Assembly: GCF_009914755.1 (NCBI RefSeq)
Contig: NC_060929.1
Direction: 5' to 3' (one strand)
Length of the DNA stretch: 64,000 bases
Source: the human T2T-CHM13v2.0 reference genome, Homo sapiens
The position numbers were made by a program, and so were the translations under genes. The notes beneath the pieces are model-generated. The model searched no databases and was not told where the DNA came from. It saw only the letters and a program-made list of their open reading frames with translations. Positions 12,248 through 27,849 of this stretch are shown here, in pieces (position 1 is the first letter of the stretch; each line of letters opens with the position of its first letter).

Positions 12248-12782
12248 ATAGTGGACATTTTGCTACCTTTGCCAGCACCAATATTTTCCTTTCTAGCATC
12301 CACTGATTCTTGGGATTTGGGGATTTATGGAATTTATGGAACTTGACTGTACTTCTGCCCCAGGGAAGCATCACCTGGTAGACTAAGCCAATTAGAGCAT
12401 TTCATCCCCTCGCTCCCACTGATTGTCTCAGTACTGGGCAGATGACCTCAACTACCCTAGAACTTTTCTTTGGAATGCTGAGTCAAGGATAATCTTTTTT
12501 TCCCTGTGGGCACAAATAATAAAGATAGAGCTCAGGGAGCCGTTGGCAACTTTCTCAGGACCATAAGGCAAGGTTCTTCCAAAATAAAGTGATACAGAAG
12601 AGTTGGAACTGGAAAGGGAGGAAGAAAACAGTAGTTTTCACGTTATTTCAAGCCACTAGATTAGTATAACTTAAAAATAGCTCTGTTTAGGACTTCTGAG
12701 GACATGAATCAATAAATATCCTTTTGCTTATGCCAGTTAGTCAGGTTTTTTGTTTCCTGCAATTGAAGGCATACTAATAAAC
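12248..12782 (+). mobile_element. Old MLT1 (I/J/K-type) MaLR LTR
   Basis: 3' end aataaatatccttttgcttatgccagtt...gtttcctgcaattgaaggcatactaat is typical of old MLT1. Confidence 0.6.
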
Positions 12783-13662
12783 CATTGAGTAAGTATATAC
12801 AATAACTCTGAATCCTGTCCCACATCCCAATTCTGACTCTTTTTTCATTACTGTCTTGAACTCACAGAGCTGCCAGCTACCAGAACTCAGTAGAATCCTT
12901 CCCAGAGGTCAGTGCTCCATGGAGAGCAGAGTCCCTGACCAGAGATCATCTTGGCTCTGTTTGGAATTTGTTGCTGTAGAAATAGCAGAGATATCAACAA
13001 ACTCATGTTCCTGGGGCTGGACAGGCTGATGAGCCCATCTGCAGGGCAGGAATAGCCAGAAGAGAAAATTGAGCAAGAATCTAATGATGACCTAGAGGAG
13101 AACCAGGAAACAGAGGACCTGAAAACAACATGAATTTGGAACGTGAAAAGCAAATCCAGTTACTCAATACAGTAGGAGAGCCTACGTGAGACTTGGTGAA
13201 GAGCAGTCAGGCTTCCCAAGAAAAGACTATGCTCATGCCTCAGAGAAGTCAGAACTCTGCTGCATCTGCTCACATGGGACCTTCCTCATGTCCTGGTAAT
13301 CACAGGAGCTTTAATAAACATATGGGAGTCTGTAGGGAGTTACTTGTGCCTTCTAAGTTTTTCCTATCCTGGCACAAGAGGGGGAGAAAATAATCCAACC
13401 AAAGAGAAGTAAAGAGTAATAACTATACTCTTCTTACAGCCCCTAAACAGATTTGCTGAAACTTTGAGCTCCTAGTGCCTATCTCCTTTCCCTCAGAAAG
13501 CCCCTAAGGCACCTCCCATTCTCTCCTTCACCACCAAAAAACAAAGGATTAGAGTCCATAATGGACTCAATTCTAAAGTATTATTTTCTATGTATCACAA
13601 TTATCAGAAAATTGAGGAGCAAGCACAATTTATCCTTCTGGTGATATGTGATTTTCTTTCTT

Positions 13663-13692
13663 AAAACAAAACAAAACAAAACAAAAAAACAA
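13663..13692. repeat. (AAAAC)n microsatellite
   Basis: Seen directly. Confidence 0.9.
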
Positions 13693-13799
13693 ACTTTGTC
13701 AGTTCTAGGACAAAGGAAGAGTAATTAAACTTAGACTTTCTTAAGAATACATGTAACCACTAAAAGAATAGAAATGGAATGTATAATTAAAAGCTAGTA

Positions 13800-14160
<361 letters not shown>

Positions 14161-14476
14161 TTAGTAAAGCAGGAAAGGAGAAAAAAGCAAAGAAAATAAA
14201 TGATGCAAAATAAGGTTAAAATAATACAGTAATTGTATTGAACATGAATGAATTGAATCTACCAGTTAAAGGACAATAATTGTAAAATTAGGTTTTGATA
14301 AATTTGGACATATATCACTTATAAAATACACACCTAAATGATAAAAACCAAAAGTAGATAAAGAAATAAAAGACATGCCAGACAATTACTAAGGAATACT
14401 AATATCAACCAAAGTATTGCCAGAGATAGAGATTGATTATTGCAAGAAAAAAATGGACAAGTCTTCCTAAAAATGA

Positions 14477-14775
<299 letters not shown>

Positions 14776-15389
14776 TAAAAATGAGAGGTTTTAAACATTT
14801 CTCAGAAACAATGGATTTAACAGAAAAAGAATTATTAAAGTTACAGAAGACTTAAGAAATCCAATTAATGAACTTTATCTTATGAATGTAATGCACCTAA
14901 CAATTAGATAATACACAATATATTTCAAGTATATATCAAACAGATTCTGAGTACAGTCTTCCTTATCTTGCTAACTGTTCCCAATTGTTGATATTCCTCT
15001 AAGCTGGTTTACAATGAAGTGAAATGGTAGGATATATAATGACTACAGCTTCAGAATTTCAATACACCAAAGGATAGGAATCCTGGTAAGGAGCTGGGAT
15101 AGAGGGGCCAGTGGGCCAGAAACTAGTCCTGTGAGATTCTTTTGTACAAGAAAGACATGTTTTTACTTAGATTATATGTTTCTTTGCATGAGGGAAGATT
15201 ATTAGGAGCTAAGTCAACTCTCTTACCCAACAAAGTCATCCCTTTGTGCTTTGACTGTTCATTGAAACCTTCTTGGGATTGACCTATTCATCTGTTTCTT
15301 GTTAAAGGCTGAAGGTCCCTGATCTATATTTGACACAATATGATGTCTTCTACTGCAAGACTTCATAAACAGAACAATGTAAGTTTCTA

Positions 15390-15573
15390 TCTACTGCTAC
15401 CTAAATTCAGCTATTAGAATTATTTGGAAAGTTTTCAAAGTATAGATTTCTAGGCCCTATAGGTGGTATTCTGAATTGAAATCTCTAGGGGGTTAGCTAT
15501 AGAAATCTGATTCTTAGAGACTCTCAGGTGACTCTGATGCAGGTGTCAGCTGACCAGCATTTGATGACTACTG
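15390..15573. mobile_element. MER5-type hAT-Charlie MITE
   Basis: ttagaattatttggaaag...gatttctaggccc...caggtgactctgatgcag...tttgatgactactg. Confidence 0.6.
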
Positions 15574-17194
15574 CTTCAGCCAAAGGACTCAGTCTTGTGA
15601 ATAGAGAAGCATTGGTTTTCATCAGAATTCTGCAGCTAACTGCTGCCATAACAATTTCCTAACTTCCTAGTACGTCTCCTAACCTGTGGCACATTTTCTA
15701 AAATCTGGACACTGATGTATAATTATACCTGTGGCTCATCTAACAACACCACTGAGTTTTTTGAAGGATGAATTAAGTATGTTTGAACCATCAACTTAAA
15801 GCCACAAAAATATTTTTTTAAAGTTTGCAATAAAATTTTCTCTCTCTCTCCTAAACCAATTTATATGTTTTTCTTTGGTTTTTAGAGTGATGAAAATAAG
15901 TAAACAAGCTGTCCATGACTGGTTTTAGGTCAAAGCTTAACCTCAAAGTTGCTCATCTTAAAGCAGAAATGATGTGGCTTACAGGGTAAGATGTGTACCA
16001 AGGAATAACAGTACCTACATGATAATTTTATATGGGTATATATATATACATATATCATATATATATCAGAGATGTGCATAATATATGGAATATACATAAT
16101 TTAAAGAAACTGGGATGGCAGGAGCTGGTTATAATGTGTCTGTTATGTGGAAAAATTCACAGATTTAATCATCTGCATAAAGATTTAACTACATGATAAA
16201 ATTAGATGTGTCTTTTACATAAGATGTCACTTGGGATGATGAGTTTCTCAAATCTTAACCTTTTAGGTTGCAAAATGGTTCCTGAGGAAGATGATAGCAT
16301 TATTTATCACCTGTCAATGTTACCTTATATCTGCTTTGCTCCCACTTATGTTTAGAAGACAAGGGGATTCAATAATGAAATACAATAAGATGCAGAATAG
16401 CATAGCTACCAGGTGCTAAAGATAGACACAAATCTGGAGCTGGCCCCAACATCAAGGAAGAGGTGGCTCATTGAACTATAACCTTATGCAGAAGAGAGAT
16501 TGGTATTACAATGATTAAAATTACAAGACGGTGAATTGTCCCAAACAACACAGGTTCTGGCTGGGGTCTTCTATTCACATGCCAGTGGGCGGTAACACAT
16601 TTCAGAGTAACATCTCTCAAAAAGCAGTTATAGGTAGAAAACTCATCACCCCTAGTGAGGTGCACTGCATGAACACAGATACCAGGCCCAGATGGAGTTC
16701 TGTACACAAGATTACAGCTTTGCCATTTATAAAACTGAGCCATGAGATGCAAATAAGTTCTAAATGTTGTTTTTCTTCCAAGTAAAACTCAAAACTTGAG
16801 AACTTAATCTGTTGTTTTTGCTTTGAAGCTGAAATCTGCAGATTGCAAAAGTTGAGACTAGTAGCCTCTCTTTGTTTCCTTCTTTATGTTCTTATATAAC
16901 ATAGCAAGCTTTCCCAGAAATAGATGATAAAATTTCACATCAAAGGTACAGAGTAAAATTCCTGCAGACTTAAAGAACTTTCTTCCTTTGAGGAGGAATA
17001 GAGTGGTCAGTGGCCATTCTCCGGCAATAAAATTTTCTCAGGAGTCCTTGGTGATAAGAATGAGTGAAGGAATGTAGTCAAGGGTAATAAATTGCAGTGA
17101 AATAAATCCCCAAAGAAAACATAAGTTCATAGTCTACTTTTTCTTTAAATAGTATACCACAGTTCTTTTGAAAAACTAAAGAAAAAATATTATG

Positions 17195-17345
17195 TATTCA
17201 GTTATTTATGAGTTTAACAAACTTCTTTGCATAGTTACAATGTGTCAGGCACAATATTAGGACCTGAAAAGGCAAGAATATGACCAAGTCTCTACTCCCA
17301 AAGAGCTCCATTCTCGAGACAGCTTGACATAACACCAATGATAAT
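17195..17345 (-). mobile_element. L2 3' end fragment
   Basis: tttaacaaac...atgtgtcaggcacaatattagg...ctcccaaagagctccattct. Confidence 0.6.
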
Positions 17346-17892
17346 GATTATTATTCTGAACTATAATAAGTGCTTTCATAAAAAATATATTGGGTTTTAG
17401 GGAAAACAGGAAGGGGGAAGCCCTTAATCAGTAGATGGGGGGTAGGATAATTAGAGATAGAAGACACGGTAAAAGCAGAAATGACACTGGGTAGAGCAGA
17501 GGGGTATGAGTTACTGACGTCAATTAATACACTTTTTGTTCTCATTTGGGGAATTTTTTACTATCTCCTCTGTGAACATTAAGACAGTAGAACCAAAAAT
17601 GACTATCTAATTTTTATCTTCATGCTTGCCATAAACTAATGATCTGCAGTAGTAGATATTTTATCACAAATTTGAAAGTCTTTTACTGGAAAAATCACTC
17701 AAATAGATGACTGTTTGAAACTTATACTATTAAATATACTCTAAAGACCAAAGCATTAGTGGTATAAAACAAAGATATTATGATAAAAGTATTAATGTTT
17801 AGGTCAACTAATCTGATAACCACCTTACAAGGTCAATTCCAAATTCATGAAGAAGATACTTTGACAGGCCCAGCCTAGTTCCTTGTCTCTGA

Positions 17893-18195
<303 letters not shown>

Positions 18196-18429
18196 TGACT
18201 CAGATACCACCGTGAATCTCAATTATTATAACAACTTTTTTTTTTTTTGCCTTACATTTGAGCATTCGTTTTGCAACTGTGCCTGTTGCTGCAACACTTG
18301 AATGCCTAATATCTGGTTCTGAAAATTCATCTTTGTCTGGGGTTTGCCTCCTGACGAAGTTGGAGGCCATTGCATACTAATGGCCTACAACTCTGATTAT
18401 CACTGGATTTTGGAGTCCTTTTCCCTGAG

Positions 18430-18612
18430 CTTAGGACTATGGGCAGTCTCTAGAAGTGGGGAAAGGTAAGAAAACGGATTCTCCCTTAGAGACTCCAGAA
18501 GGAAAACAGCCCTGCTGACTTCCTCATCTTTACCCAATGAGGCCCGACTTAGACTTCTGACCTGCAGAACTATAATATAATAAATCTATGTTATATTAAG
18601 CCACTAAGTTGG
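18430..18612 (+). mobile_element. MLT1C/D LTR 3' part
   Basis: tctagaagtggggaaaggtaagaaaacggattctcc...agacttctgacctgcagaactata...aagccactaagtt. Confidence 0.8.
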
Positions 18613-19435
18613 GGGCAGTAAAACTATTCTGTATGATACCATACTGGCAGATTTATGACACTATGTATATGTCAACACGCATAGAACTTTATAATACAAA
18701 GAGTGAATCTTAATGTATTGGGAAACTAAAAAAATTAGGTGGTTAAGGGAACCTAAGATGGAATGCAGAATATTTTTAAAAAGTACTTATGTATATTGTA
18801 AATGTGTCAAACAACCTTAGTGAAAGGCGGGGGAAAAATGTGTTGACCTAAAAAGTTTGAAATGGGAGAAATCTATAAGACTAGAGGCAAAAATCTATAC
18901 CTATTTAATAAAGTTTTTTTCATGGGAGTATGAATTAAAAATTCTGAAACTGCTATATATGTATATTAGAACTGCATAACTAAGTAAATGGATGGCTCAT
19001 GATGGAAGTCAGATTTCTCACTGTAGGATTAGGAAGTTACAAATAAACAAGGGGATGAGTCTAGAACAGTCCATGTGTTAACGGGCTGGAATTAGAGACA
19101 ACTCTTTGAACTTTAACTTATAGATACCAATTAATATCTATATTTAATTTAGCTTAATAGAGATACAGATACATTCATGCTGAATATTTATATGTTTCTA
19201 TACACAAGGATTCCTTGCTCTGTCACTTGAAAGAGCCTGGAAGCAACAACACCCAGTAGCAGCTAGCACACCCAGTGCCAGGTCTTGGTTTCTAATAACT
19301 TCTCCAATAAAAGAAACTAGGGCTTTTTGGAGAAAGGGCTAATTCTAGGACTGAAGCAGGATTATATTTCTCTGTGCAAGTAGGAACATCTTATTGTGCC
19401 AAGAAGGAAGTGTTCACTGCATGCTCACGTGTGTA

Positions 19436-19469
<34 letters not shown>

Positions 19470-20270
19470 ATGATGGGGGCATGCCAAAGGGACATAGGAA
19501 CACAACTGAAATAGCTCCTAACATCCAAAACTGGAATAATCTGATCTGAGAAGAAAAGAACTACAGAAGCATTGGAGAATAACCCAGAGTATAAAATGAA
19601 CATCCATGAGTTCATACTCATATAAATGAATAAGTAAAGAAATAGAAAGAAAAAACAAATCTATATAGAATAATTCCAAATAATTTATGTAGATACTCCC
19701 CACTCAAGGTACAGCATAACTCCCCATTCCTTAAATATAAATATGGGCTACACACAGTAACTTCCTTCCAAAAAGTATAATTCAGTATGGGAAGAGGCAT
19801 AAAAAGAGTAACTTTATACAGGATACTGAAAAACACTACCTCGGCCAAGTGATCGAAGTTTATGTCAAGAGTGATAAGCCATGCTGATAATATGTTTCCT
19901 TGATGCAATGGATAACTCTGTCGTCTTCCTCTCCCAATTGAGAGAAATTCTACAAAATACCTGACCAGTACTCCTCAAAACTTTCAAGGTCATCAAAAAT
20001 AAGAACTGTCATGATGACTAAATGTAGTACAGAATCCTTAATGAGAACCTTGGAACAAGAAAAGGACATTAGGTAAAAGCCAAAAATATTTTAATAAAGT
20101 ATGAACTGTATAACCGTAATGTATCATTATTATTGCATTAATTGTAAAGAATGTACCTTATCAGTGCACGATGTTAATAATAAGAGAAAATTGATATGGG
20201 GTATAAGGGAATACTCTGTACTACTTTTGTATTTTTTCTATAAAGTTAAAAACAGTTTATTAAAGAAGTA
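18613..20270 (+). mobile_element. L1MC-type (MC3-like) 3' region
   Basis: gggcagtaaaactattctgtatgatacc, aacactacctcggccaagtgatc and the terminal actctgtactactttg...taaagtt motifs. Confidence 0.8.
19439..19467. repeat. (CA)n microsatellite
   Basis: Seen directly. Confidence 0.95.
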
Positions 20271-21479
20271 AATATAATGAGAAACCACTTTATTTCTATT
20301 TGCATGGCTAAAATTTAAGACTGATAATACCAAATTGACAGATTTCCTGGAAAGAGGCAGTCAGTTTGATGCTGATGTGGGGACAAAATGAAAAGAATTA
20401 CAATAGTGAAAGAAGTTTTAGGGAACATTTAAGAGGGCACAGAAATACTTTCCAATCCAAATTTGTCTTCTCTCATCACTTCCTCAAGCCAAGATGAGAA
20501 TTAAGACAATAGTCTAGTGTCTCTCTTTCCAATTAACCAACTAAGTGTTTTGGATGCAAGCCCTTCCAACTATAGGAGTGACATTTTTGTCTGTTGTTCA
20601 TATTTCCTAATTGTGAGAGCAAATTGTCACTGTCTATTAAAGTGAAAGCACAATAGGCTATAAATACATTTTAAAAGTCACTAAATGCTCTGGACTTTAA
20701 CACATATTTGCTTTTCAGGTATTGCTCAATCCTACTCATGGCACAGAATAGGAAAGTGGCACATTCAAGTACGGACAAATCCCCCCCACCGCCCCATCCA
20801 ACCTCAATCAATGATAAAGAGTAGATAATCTGGTCAGAATCTTCTTTCAATTGCCAGAAATCAACAGTATAACCCCAACTGCATCTGTTTAATGGATAAA
20901 ACTGAGGCAAAATCTCCCTACCTTTGCTATTCTAATTGTTGTTAACAATTCAATCTAGCTTAATTAGGTTTAACAAAATTAAAAGCAATTTTTGAGTTTT
21001 TAAAGAATCCTATTGATATATCCTAACTTAAATGAAGACATACTGAAAATTGCTGAACTATTTGTAAGTAGATTACTCATTTTTGAAGAATTTATGCTTC
21101 TGTGCAGTAATTTATTACTCCTTAAACTAGGGATACTATTAGCTCCTATAAAGCCTAGTTGGTCCCAAGTAGGTAAATTGAACACGATCACCCTCCCAGA
21201 TGACCACGTGGAAAACCTGAGTATCACCATTGATTCCTTCTTTCCTTTATCCCTCACGTCCAATTAATCATCAGTTATAATGATGTGAAATTTTTTACTT
21301 GTTTCATTATGTTTTTTAAGACTGTGTATATCTTTCTTAAGATCTGTTAACTTTAACACTTAATTCTGAGGGTGAACCTTTATCTTGATTTTGAATTTTT
21401 ATCAACCTATTTGAACTGTCATTCTATTTTTAACAATGCAGTTTCATATCAAGTTGAGTCATGAATATGTCTGGCATAT

Positions 21480-22400
21480 CTGAGGGGTAATAAACCAGTT
21501 AATATTGCTGCATCTCCATGGGTAAGGAGTATGTTGGCAGTCATGAGGTCAGAGAGGTAGCCAAGGTCTGAATAATTTGGGCCTTGTGGGCTATAGAAAG
21601 AATTGTGTTTTTGTTTTCCCTAGGAATAATAGAAAACTGTGAAAGTGCTTAGTTTTGAGCAGAGAAGTGAAATTATCTGAGTTGAGTTTTGAAGAATCAT
21701 TTGCTGTGTGAAGAATAAAATGTGGTGGGCAAGAGAAATAGGAAGACAAAAACAATGAAATTGTTCTATTCCAAGGGGGAAATGATGGTGACTTAGTTTA
21801 TTTTGATAATAGTGGAGGAGTTGTGAGACATTGACAGTGTCAGGATATTTGGGGTGTTGGTGGGGGTTGGTAGAGGCCATTAGCAGTACTAGGCCATCAA
21901 GGTTTTTTTATATGAGCTACTGAGTAAATCTCGTGCCATTTCCTATGTAGGTCACTGAAGAAGAAGAGTTCAGTTTTGAACATTTAACTCTGATGTGCCA
22001 AATAGATATCTAAGTGGAGATGTTAAATAAACAGTTACATATGGATCTTGAATTTAAGGGAGAGGCATAGATTTGAAAGTTATCAATATACAGATGCTGA
22101 TGGGACTGAATGAGTTCACCTACAGCGTAAGCGTCGACAGATATGAGAGAACATTGGAAGACAAAGCTTTGAAAAGTCTAGCATTTAGAGCTCAGGAAGC
22201 AGCAAAGAAGTTAGCAAAAGAGACTGAGAAGGAGCAGGGAGCCAGGTTAAACCAGAGAGTGTGGTGTGCTGGAATTAAGATGAAGGAGCCAGTGACCAGC
22301 TAGTTCAATAGTGGCTCAAAGTCCTATTAAGATAAAGACAGAGAATTGTCCATTGGATTTAGTAACATGGAGGTCCTTGGTGGCCTTGAAAAGAGCAGCT
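21480..22400 (-). mobile_element. L2 fragment
   Basis: atgaggtcagagaggtagcc, gagttcagttttgaacattta and gtccattggatttagtaacatggaggtccttggtggccttg are typical antisense L2. Confidence 0.8.
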
Positions 22401-22534
22401 CCACAATTGTACTGCATGCCACCATTTGTGAAATACTTGCTACCATTTCAGCATGCCTGACTTTATATTCTGAAGCCACATTCTCAAGTTATTCCTGTAA
22501 CTCAGTCAGATTAACCATGCCACGCGGAAGTTGG

Positions 22535-22685
22535 GACAAAGCACCAGACTGGCTATTAGGGGAACCATGTTCTAGTTCAGCCTCCTCCTACTAACCAGCT
22601 GTATGGCACGGGCAAGTCATTCTGTCTCTCAAGGCCTTGGTTTCCTCACAAGCAAAATGAGGGGGCTGGAAAAGATTTCATTTAG
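22535..22685 (+). mobile_element. MIR fragment
   Basis: gggcaagtcattctgtctctcaaggccttggtttcctcacaagcaaaatgaggg core. Confidence 0.65.
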
Positions 22686-24599
22686 AGATGTCTGTGTTAA
22701 AGTAAAAAACCAGAATTGTGTTTTGCATTTTAATAGAGAAGCTTAGAAAAAAAACCACAAGTCTCTACTTGATTATATGTAGTGGGAAGATATTTTTCAA
22801 GAGGATCCTCCAAGGGCTTCTTTCACCTGCAGTGACTAGCTCTCTTCTTTTCTGCCTGTCTGCCCAAGTTTACCATGCACAAAGACTCTGTATCCTGGCT
22901 CTCCTACCGCTCTCTTTCCTCACATACCCATGCAAACACATTCATCCTCGTCAAACACCCCAAAGAATTGAAAGCATGGCTGGAGAAGAAATATTGCAGT
23001 GAATATTGGAAGCTGAAAAAGATTTTTTGTGCTTTAATAATACACATAAAGACCATGCACATATGCATAATTCCTTTCTGTGCCTACGTTTACTTACCAT
23101 ACTAAGAAACAAATATAAAATTTTTACTCAATTATTTTTGTGTCACCATGGAGGGGAGAATTAACAGGATCCAGAAGCCTGATTTATAAGTTACATCACA
23201 TCAGTGTAACACTTTTTCCTGGGACCTCAGTAACTAATTTGATGGTTTAACTAGTAATTTCTATTAAACTAAATGAAAAATAAATAAATGAGTTGTCTGT
23301 GTTAAAACCACAGCAGGAATCTTGGCTATTTTGGTGAACTGACGTTTCCTCACATTAACCCCAGGTTAGGTGCTGGTGAAGAAAAAGTGCACTATGGAGG
23401 TAACTTCTTGGATTGGCATTTTATCTGTGCCAGTTCCTACGTTAGATGCTTTAAACTGGTGAACTCATTTGATCCTGACCACTTTCTGAGGTCTCATTGC
23501 CATTTGATCATGAGATGAGGAAGAGAGTGTGAGAGAGACCTCTCACAGTATTCTTCACCCCAGGAAAGTAAGTGTGAGGCATGAGAAAGCAAGTTATCAC
23601 CTTTGAAGGTGTTCCCTTGGGGAAGTGGGAGTGGTGGTGCGGGCTGCAACCACAAACAGAAAATGTGGGTGGGGATTGTTTTCATTCCAAGGTGCCAAAT
23701 TGTTAGCATTTGACAACCATATGCTCCCTTTGGGCCCTGCAGTTGTACCTAGAGGCCTATGCTGGGACATTTTTTTAAAGCAAATATATATTCTCTGTTT
23801 TCATGGAGCCAAAAACAACACAAAATATGATCAGAATATTTCTAGAAATGCAACTAAACAAGCTTACTTTAGATAAGGCAAACAGTGGTGACTCAGGGCA
23901 CGGTTTAGTTCCTTCTGGCTCCCTTCACAGAGATAGAAGGAGGCAGACAGATAAGAGAACAGACAGAAGCAACTCCACCCCTGGAAGAGGAATTACCTTC
24001 CAACCTCAAGATGGATACTACATCTGGACCTTCATGGAAGTTCTCATGGCATTTCCCCTGAATTCAGATCATTCTTCATTACACTAAAATAGCAGCCCAA
24101 TTAAAAACAAAAAGTCAACTCCCTTATTTCCTACAATACACAAACATAGTTGTTTCAATGACTTCATTTCTTAAGTAGTTATGTTGATTGGGAATTGCAG
24201 TCACTATTCTCACAGGCATCTGTTGGGGAGTTTTTTATTTTATGGCACTTTTGTTGTAAAGCTTTCTTTATCATCTTGCTGCTACTATGTGGAAATAATG
24301 TATTGTTTCCAAAACCTGACTGTGTTTCTTAAGTTTTTTGGACTACTTAAATGATATCCAACACTGAGACTTCAATTTTTACTTAGGTTTTGACTGGCTG
24401 TATAAACTTTCTATCCCTCAGTTTGTCCATTTGTAAGAGGATGATAATAATTTGTGTTGAAAGAACACACTAAAGACAGGGGGTCACAGGAAAATTTCTC
24501 TGCCTTCTGTTTTTTTCCTAGGCATTTGAAAAATCAAATTCATTATATTTAGAAAAGCTAACTCCTTCATCCTTAAATATTTCTTTTGAAGCCATGAAA

Positions 24600-24846
24600 T
24601 GTAGCATGGTATGGTAGGTAGGTGTGCAGACTCTTGAACCAGATTGCCAAGATTTTTACCCAAGCTACACTGTGGACTGGTTCATGAGCTTGGACCTGCA
24701 ACCTTGCGTTCCTTTGGCTTATTTATATGAAAGAAGAGCGTAAAAACAGTAACGTCATAAGATTGTTTTGAAGATTATATCAATTAATACATATAAAGTT
24801 CTAGAACAATGCCAGGCACAGAACAAGCATTCTTAAGTATTAGCTC
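24600..24846 (+). mobile_element. MIR
   Basis: gcagactcttgaaccagattgcc...taaagttctagaacaatgccaggcacag. Confidence 0.75.
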
Positions 24847-27316
24847 TTAAGTCACTGTATCTTCCCAATCTCCACTCACCTCTCTTCCAGCCTTGCACCA
24901 GTTGAGTCATTAGCGCCGTTACTCAAGTCACCTTTCTCACCAGTTGACTTTGCTATAACTTTGTTGTTAGAGCTCTGCCGTCCCCTCAGCCTCAAAGCTT
25001 TTCAGACTCTAGGTGGACTCTACATAAGAGATGTATCCCTTTGAAAGGAGACAAGGCATGTTCATGAATTGTTATATTACTTTTAATGAAATAATTATAG
25101 AAGACTTAACAAAAGAGAGGAGATTTGAGCAGAGATCTGAATGTGATGCAGCATATTCTACTTTTGAGGGCACTTCTACTTACTTTCAAAAGATTAATAT
25201 TCATTTTCCTGTTAATTCTTCAGACTTTTCATGGGCAGCTGATGTGCAAGCAGTAGATTTATTTAACATATTATTAAGAAATATTAGGCAATGTTCTATA
25301 ATTCACCTAAATCATTTGGTGGCTAAGGGGGGATAAAGACTAGTGGAAAAAGGAATCAGCTTATGAAATGAGTAAAGCACTTGATTATGTATTTGCCTGT
25401 GCTTATAATCCCAGGAGCCAGAATGCATTGCTTGAATTGGAAACAAGCAATACATTTCTTTTTTTTCACATTAGAGTTGCTGAATCCATTCTATATTGAT
25501 TAAAGTACTGAAAATAAGTTACCGTTAGACTCTTGCAAAGAAAGTTAATTCATCTTTGGACTGGTTCAAGAATTTCTTTTTGAAAACTTGGCTCTAAGTT
25601 TCTATTTGAGTTTTCAAACTTAATTTAAGAAAGATTGCCATTGTATAATAAAATCATAGGGTTCAGTGAAACATACATCTTCACATTAAAAAGAAGCCCA
25701 CCAAAATCTAACTATGGACTGGAAAATAAGACATCTTGAGGTTCTTAAGTATAATGCTGGAAGGATGCATTATACCAACTTTCAAAACCTGCTTGAAGTT
25801 TTTGAGTTTGAATTTCAAATTAAACTAGAAACTTTGGAGATTTGAATTGTTTTTTTCCCTTGGTAAAGCACCCCACCCTTATTCAAAAGGAAAAAGGAAA
25901 CCGTAATGTCCTCCATAAAAGTTTGAGAGCTTCTGGAAATTCTAATAGCTCATAATAAACATCACAACAAATAAAATGTAAATAAATAAGAAACAGATGT
26001 ATTACTCTGCTCTTAAAATATTTATAAATTTAAAAATGTGGAATGTTGGAAAAAAAAGAGCTAGTGAGTGATAATAAATTGATCATGGCTGTATTATATT
26101 ATCTTATAATTAAAACATTCTTCTCCAGTTGAATATAAAAGATGCATTTCTTATAAATTTTGAAGTTTGAGTTTGTTCCAGGATCTCTAATGTTACAACA
26201 TTGTTAACTTATTTATAAAATAAAAACCTTTGTAATATTTTCTATGGAAGTATATGTTCTTGGAACAATAATTTTCTTCTAATTGATTACACATTTAGTG
26301 TTGTGCTCCTTTAATCCACCTAATTTTTTACACACAATTACCTAAACTATACATAAACATATGGTCACATGGGACTGACTATATGCTTGTCTAGTTTTCT
26401 ACCACTGAATCCATAAGATGAAAGAAAGACCCTACAAATGTTAATTTTTCCCTCTTTATGCCAACTATTTAATTCTTTTTTAATGCTAAGAATATTTTAT
26501 GAAAAATTTGAGGTCAAAATCTAGTTATATATTTCAAAGGCTACAGATTAAAAAGGGGAACATTTGGTAACTCTCCCATTGCTCACAGAGAAGCTAAATA
26601 ACTTGAGAACACGAAGAGCTTATTAAGTTTTCGGATCCACTGTGCTTGCTCAAATCCAGATAAGCATAAAAAAATAGAGGCTGTACTATTAACTCCATGG
26701 TTTGTGTGCTCTCTTGCTGCATGACACTAACAGTTACTTTGTTGTAAACACGTGCATCAATCATAAATGTACAAGAAGTCAGAAATGTAGACAGCCCTGG
26801 TGGTTTAGAGGCTAAGGATGTTCAACAGGTCCAGGAAGAAATTTAATTCTGATGAGGGTCTTCAACCCAGTCTCTCAGACTTTGACCCTCACATAGTTCC
26901 CCCTTCCTTGGAATTCAGGTTTGGCCTAGAATCTGGGTAACACACAAAGTTGAATCAGTCTGGACCCATGGAGAATGTATGGGCATCATGCCTAGAGGAG
27001 TTTCGGATCATACTGCTGCACACTGCACTGTTGAGATAACACCCTAGAGAATAACTTGGTGTTCTTACCATAGGCCTGGCCTACTATTTTCCAGCTCTCT
27101 TGAAGGCCCATTGCGAATAGGGACACTATATTTTGGACTGTGAGCCTCCACTTGCTGGAAATAAGAAGCACCTCTGTGAAGAATCCCTTACTGTATTATA
27201 CTTCCAGCATTTTAAAACCATATATCCTTATGCCCCAGGTGGCTCGACTTTGAACACTTTTCCCCTGCATTCATTCTATTGTAATACTAGCCATACTTTA
27301 TTAGCTCTATAGAGGG

Positions 27317-27849
27317 TGAAGTATGGCAGAATATTCCCTGCTCAAAAAAAAACAAAACGCTTTGGCATAAGAATTATTTTGAGTTAAAGTCACTTGGAAA
27401 ACAACAGACACAAGAAGGGCATTCTGACCTTTTCTTTTTCTTCCCAAAAAAAAAAGAGGTGGAATCACCATATAGGAGATGTGTTCCCTATACCAGGAAG
27501 AAAGTAACACTTTTATCACTAGAGATGGGGACTTGAAACTGAGAAAAATCTGTCCAAACAAAGCTTGTTATACTAACTTTTATCTTTCTAGTTACTTTTC
27601 TACTATTAACTGCCATAACCCAAGCCCCTTTGTCTTGTCACGTTTTCATAATTTACTACACTTTTTCCAATTCAGTATATATGTGTTCAACTTTAACTTC
27701 TTTGGGTCTTCACTTCTTTATGAGGGCTCCCATGTCACATAAAATAAATGTGTATGCCTTTTTCTCAGTAATCCATCTTATGCCAGTTTGATTCCTTAGG
27801 CCTTGCCAGAAACCCTAAGAGGGTAGAGGAGAAAGTTTTCTCCTCCTGA
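27317..27849 (+). mobile_element. MER34/MER39-group ERV1 solo LTR
   Basis: 5' tgaag...cagaatattccc...tttggcataagaattattttgagt; 3' ccctaagagggtagaggagaaagttttctcctcc. Confidence 0.75.

Noticed and set aside
13030-13135. Acidic-looking plus-strand peptide (EEKIEQESNDDLEENQETEDLK)
   Set aside because: Purine-rich low-complexity sequence bounded by stops; no recognisable gene.
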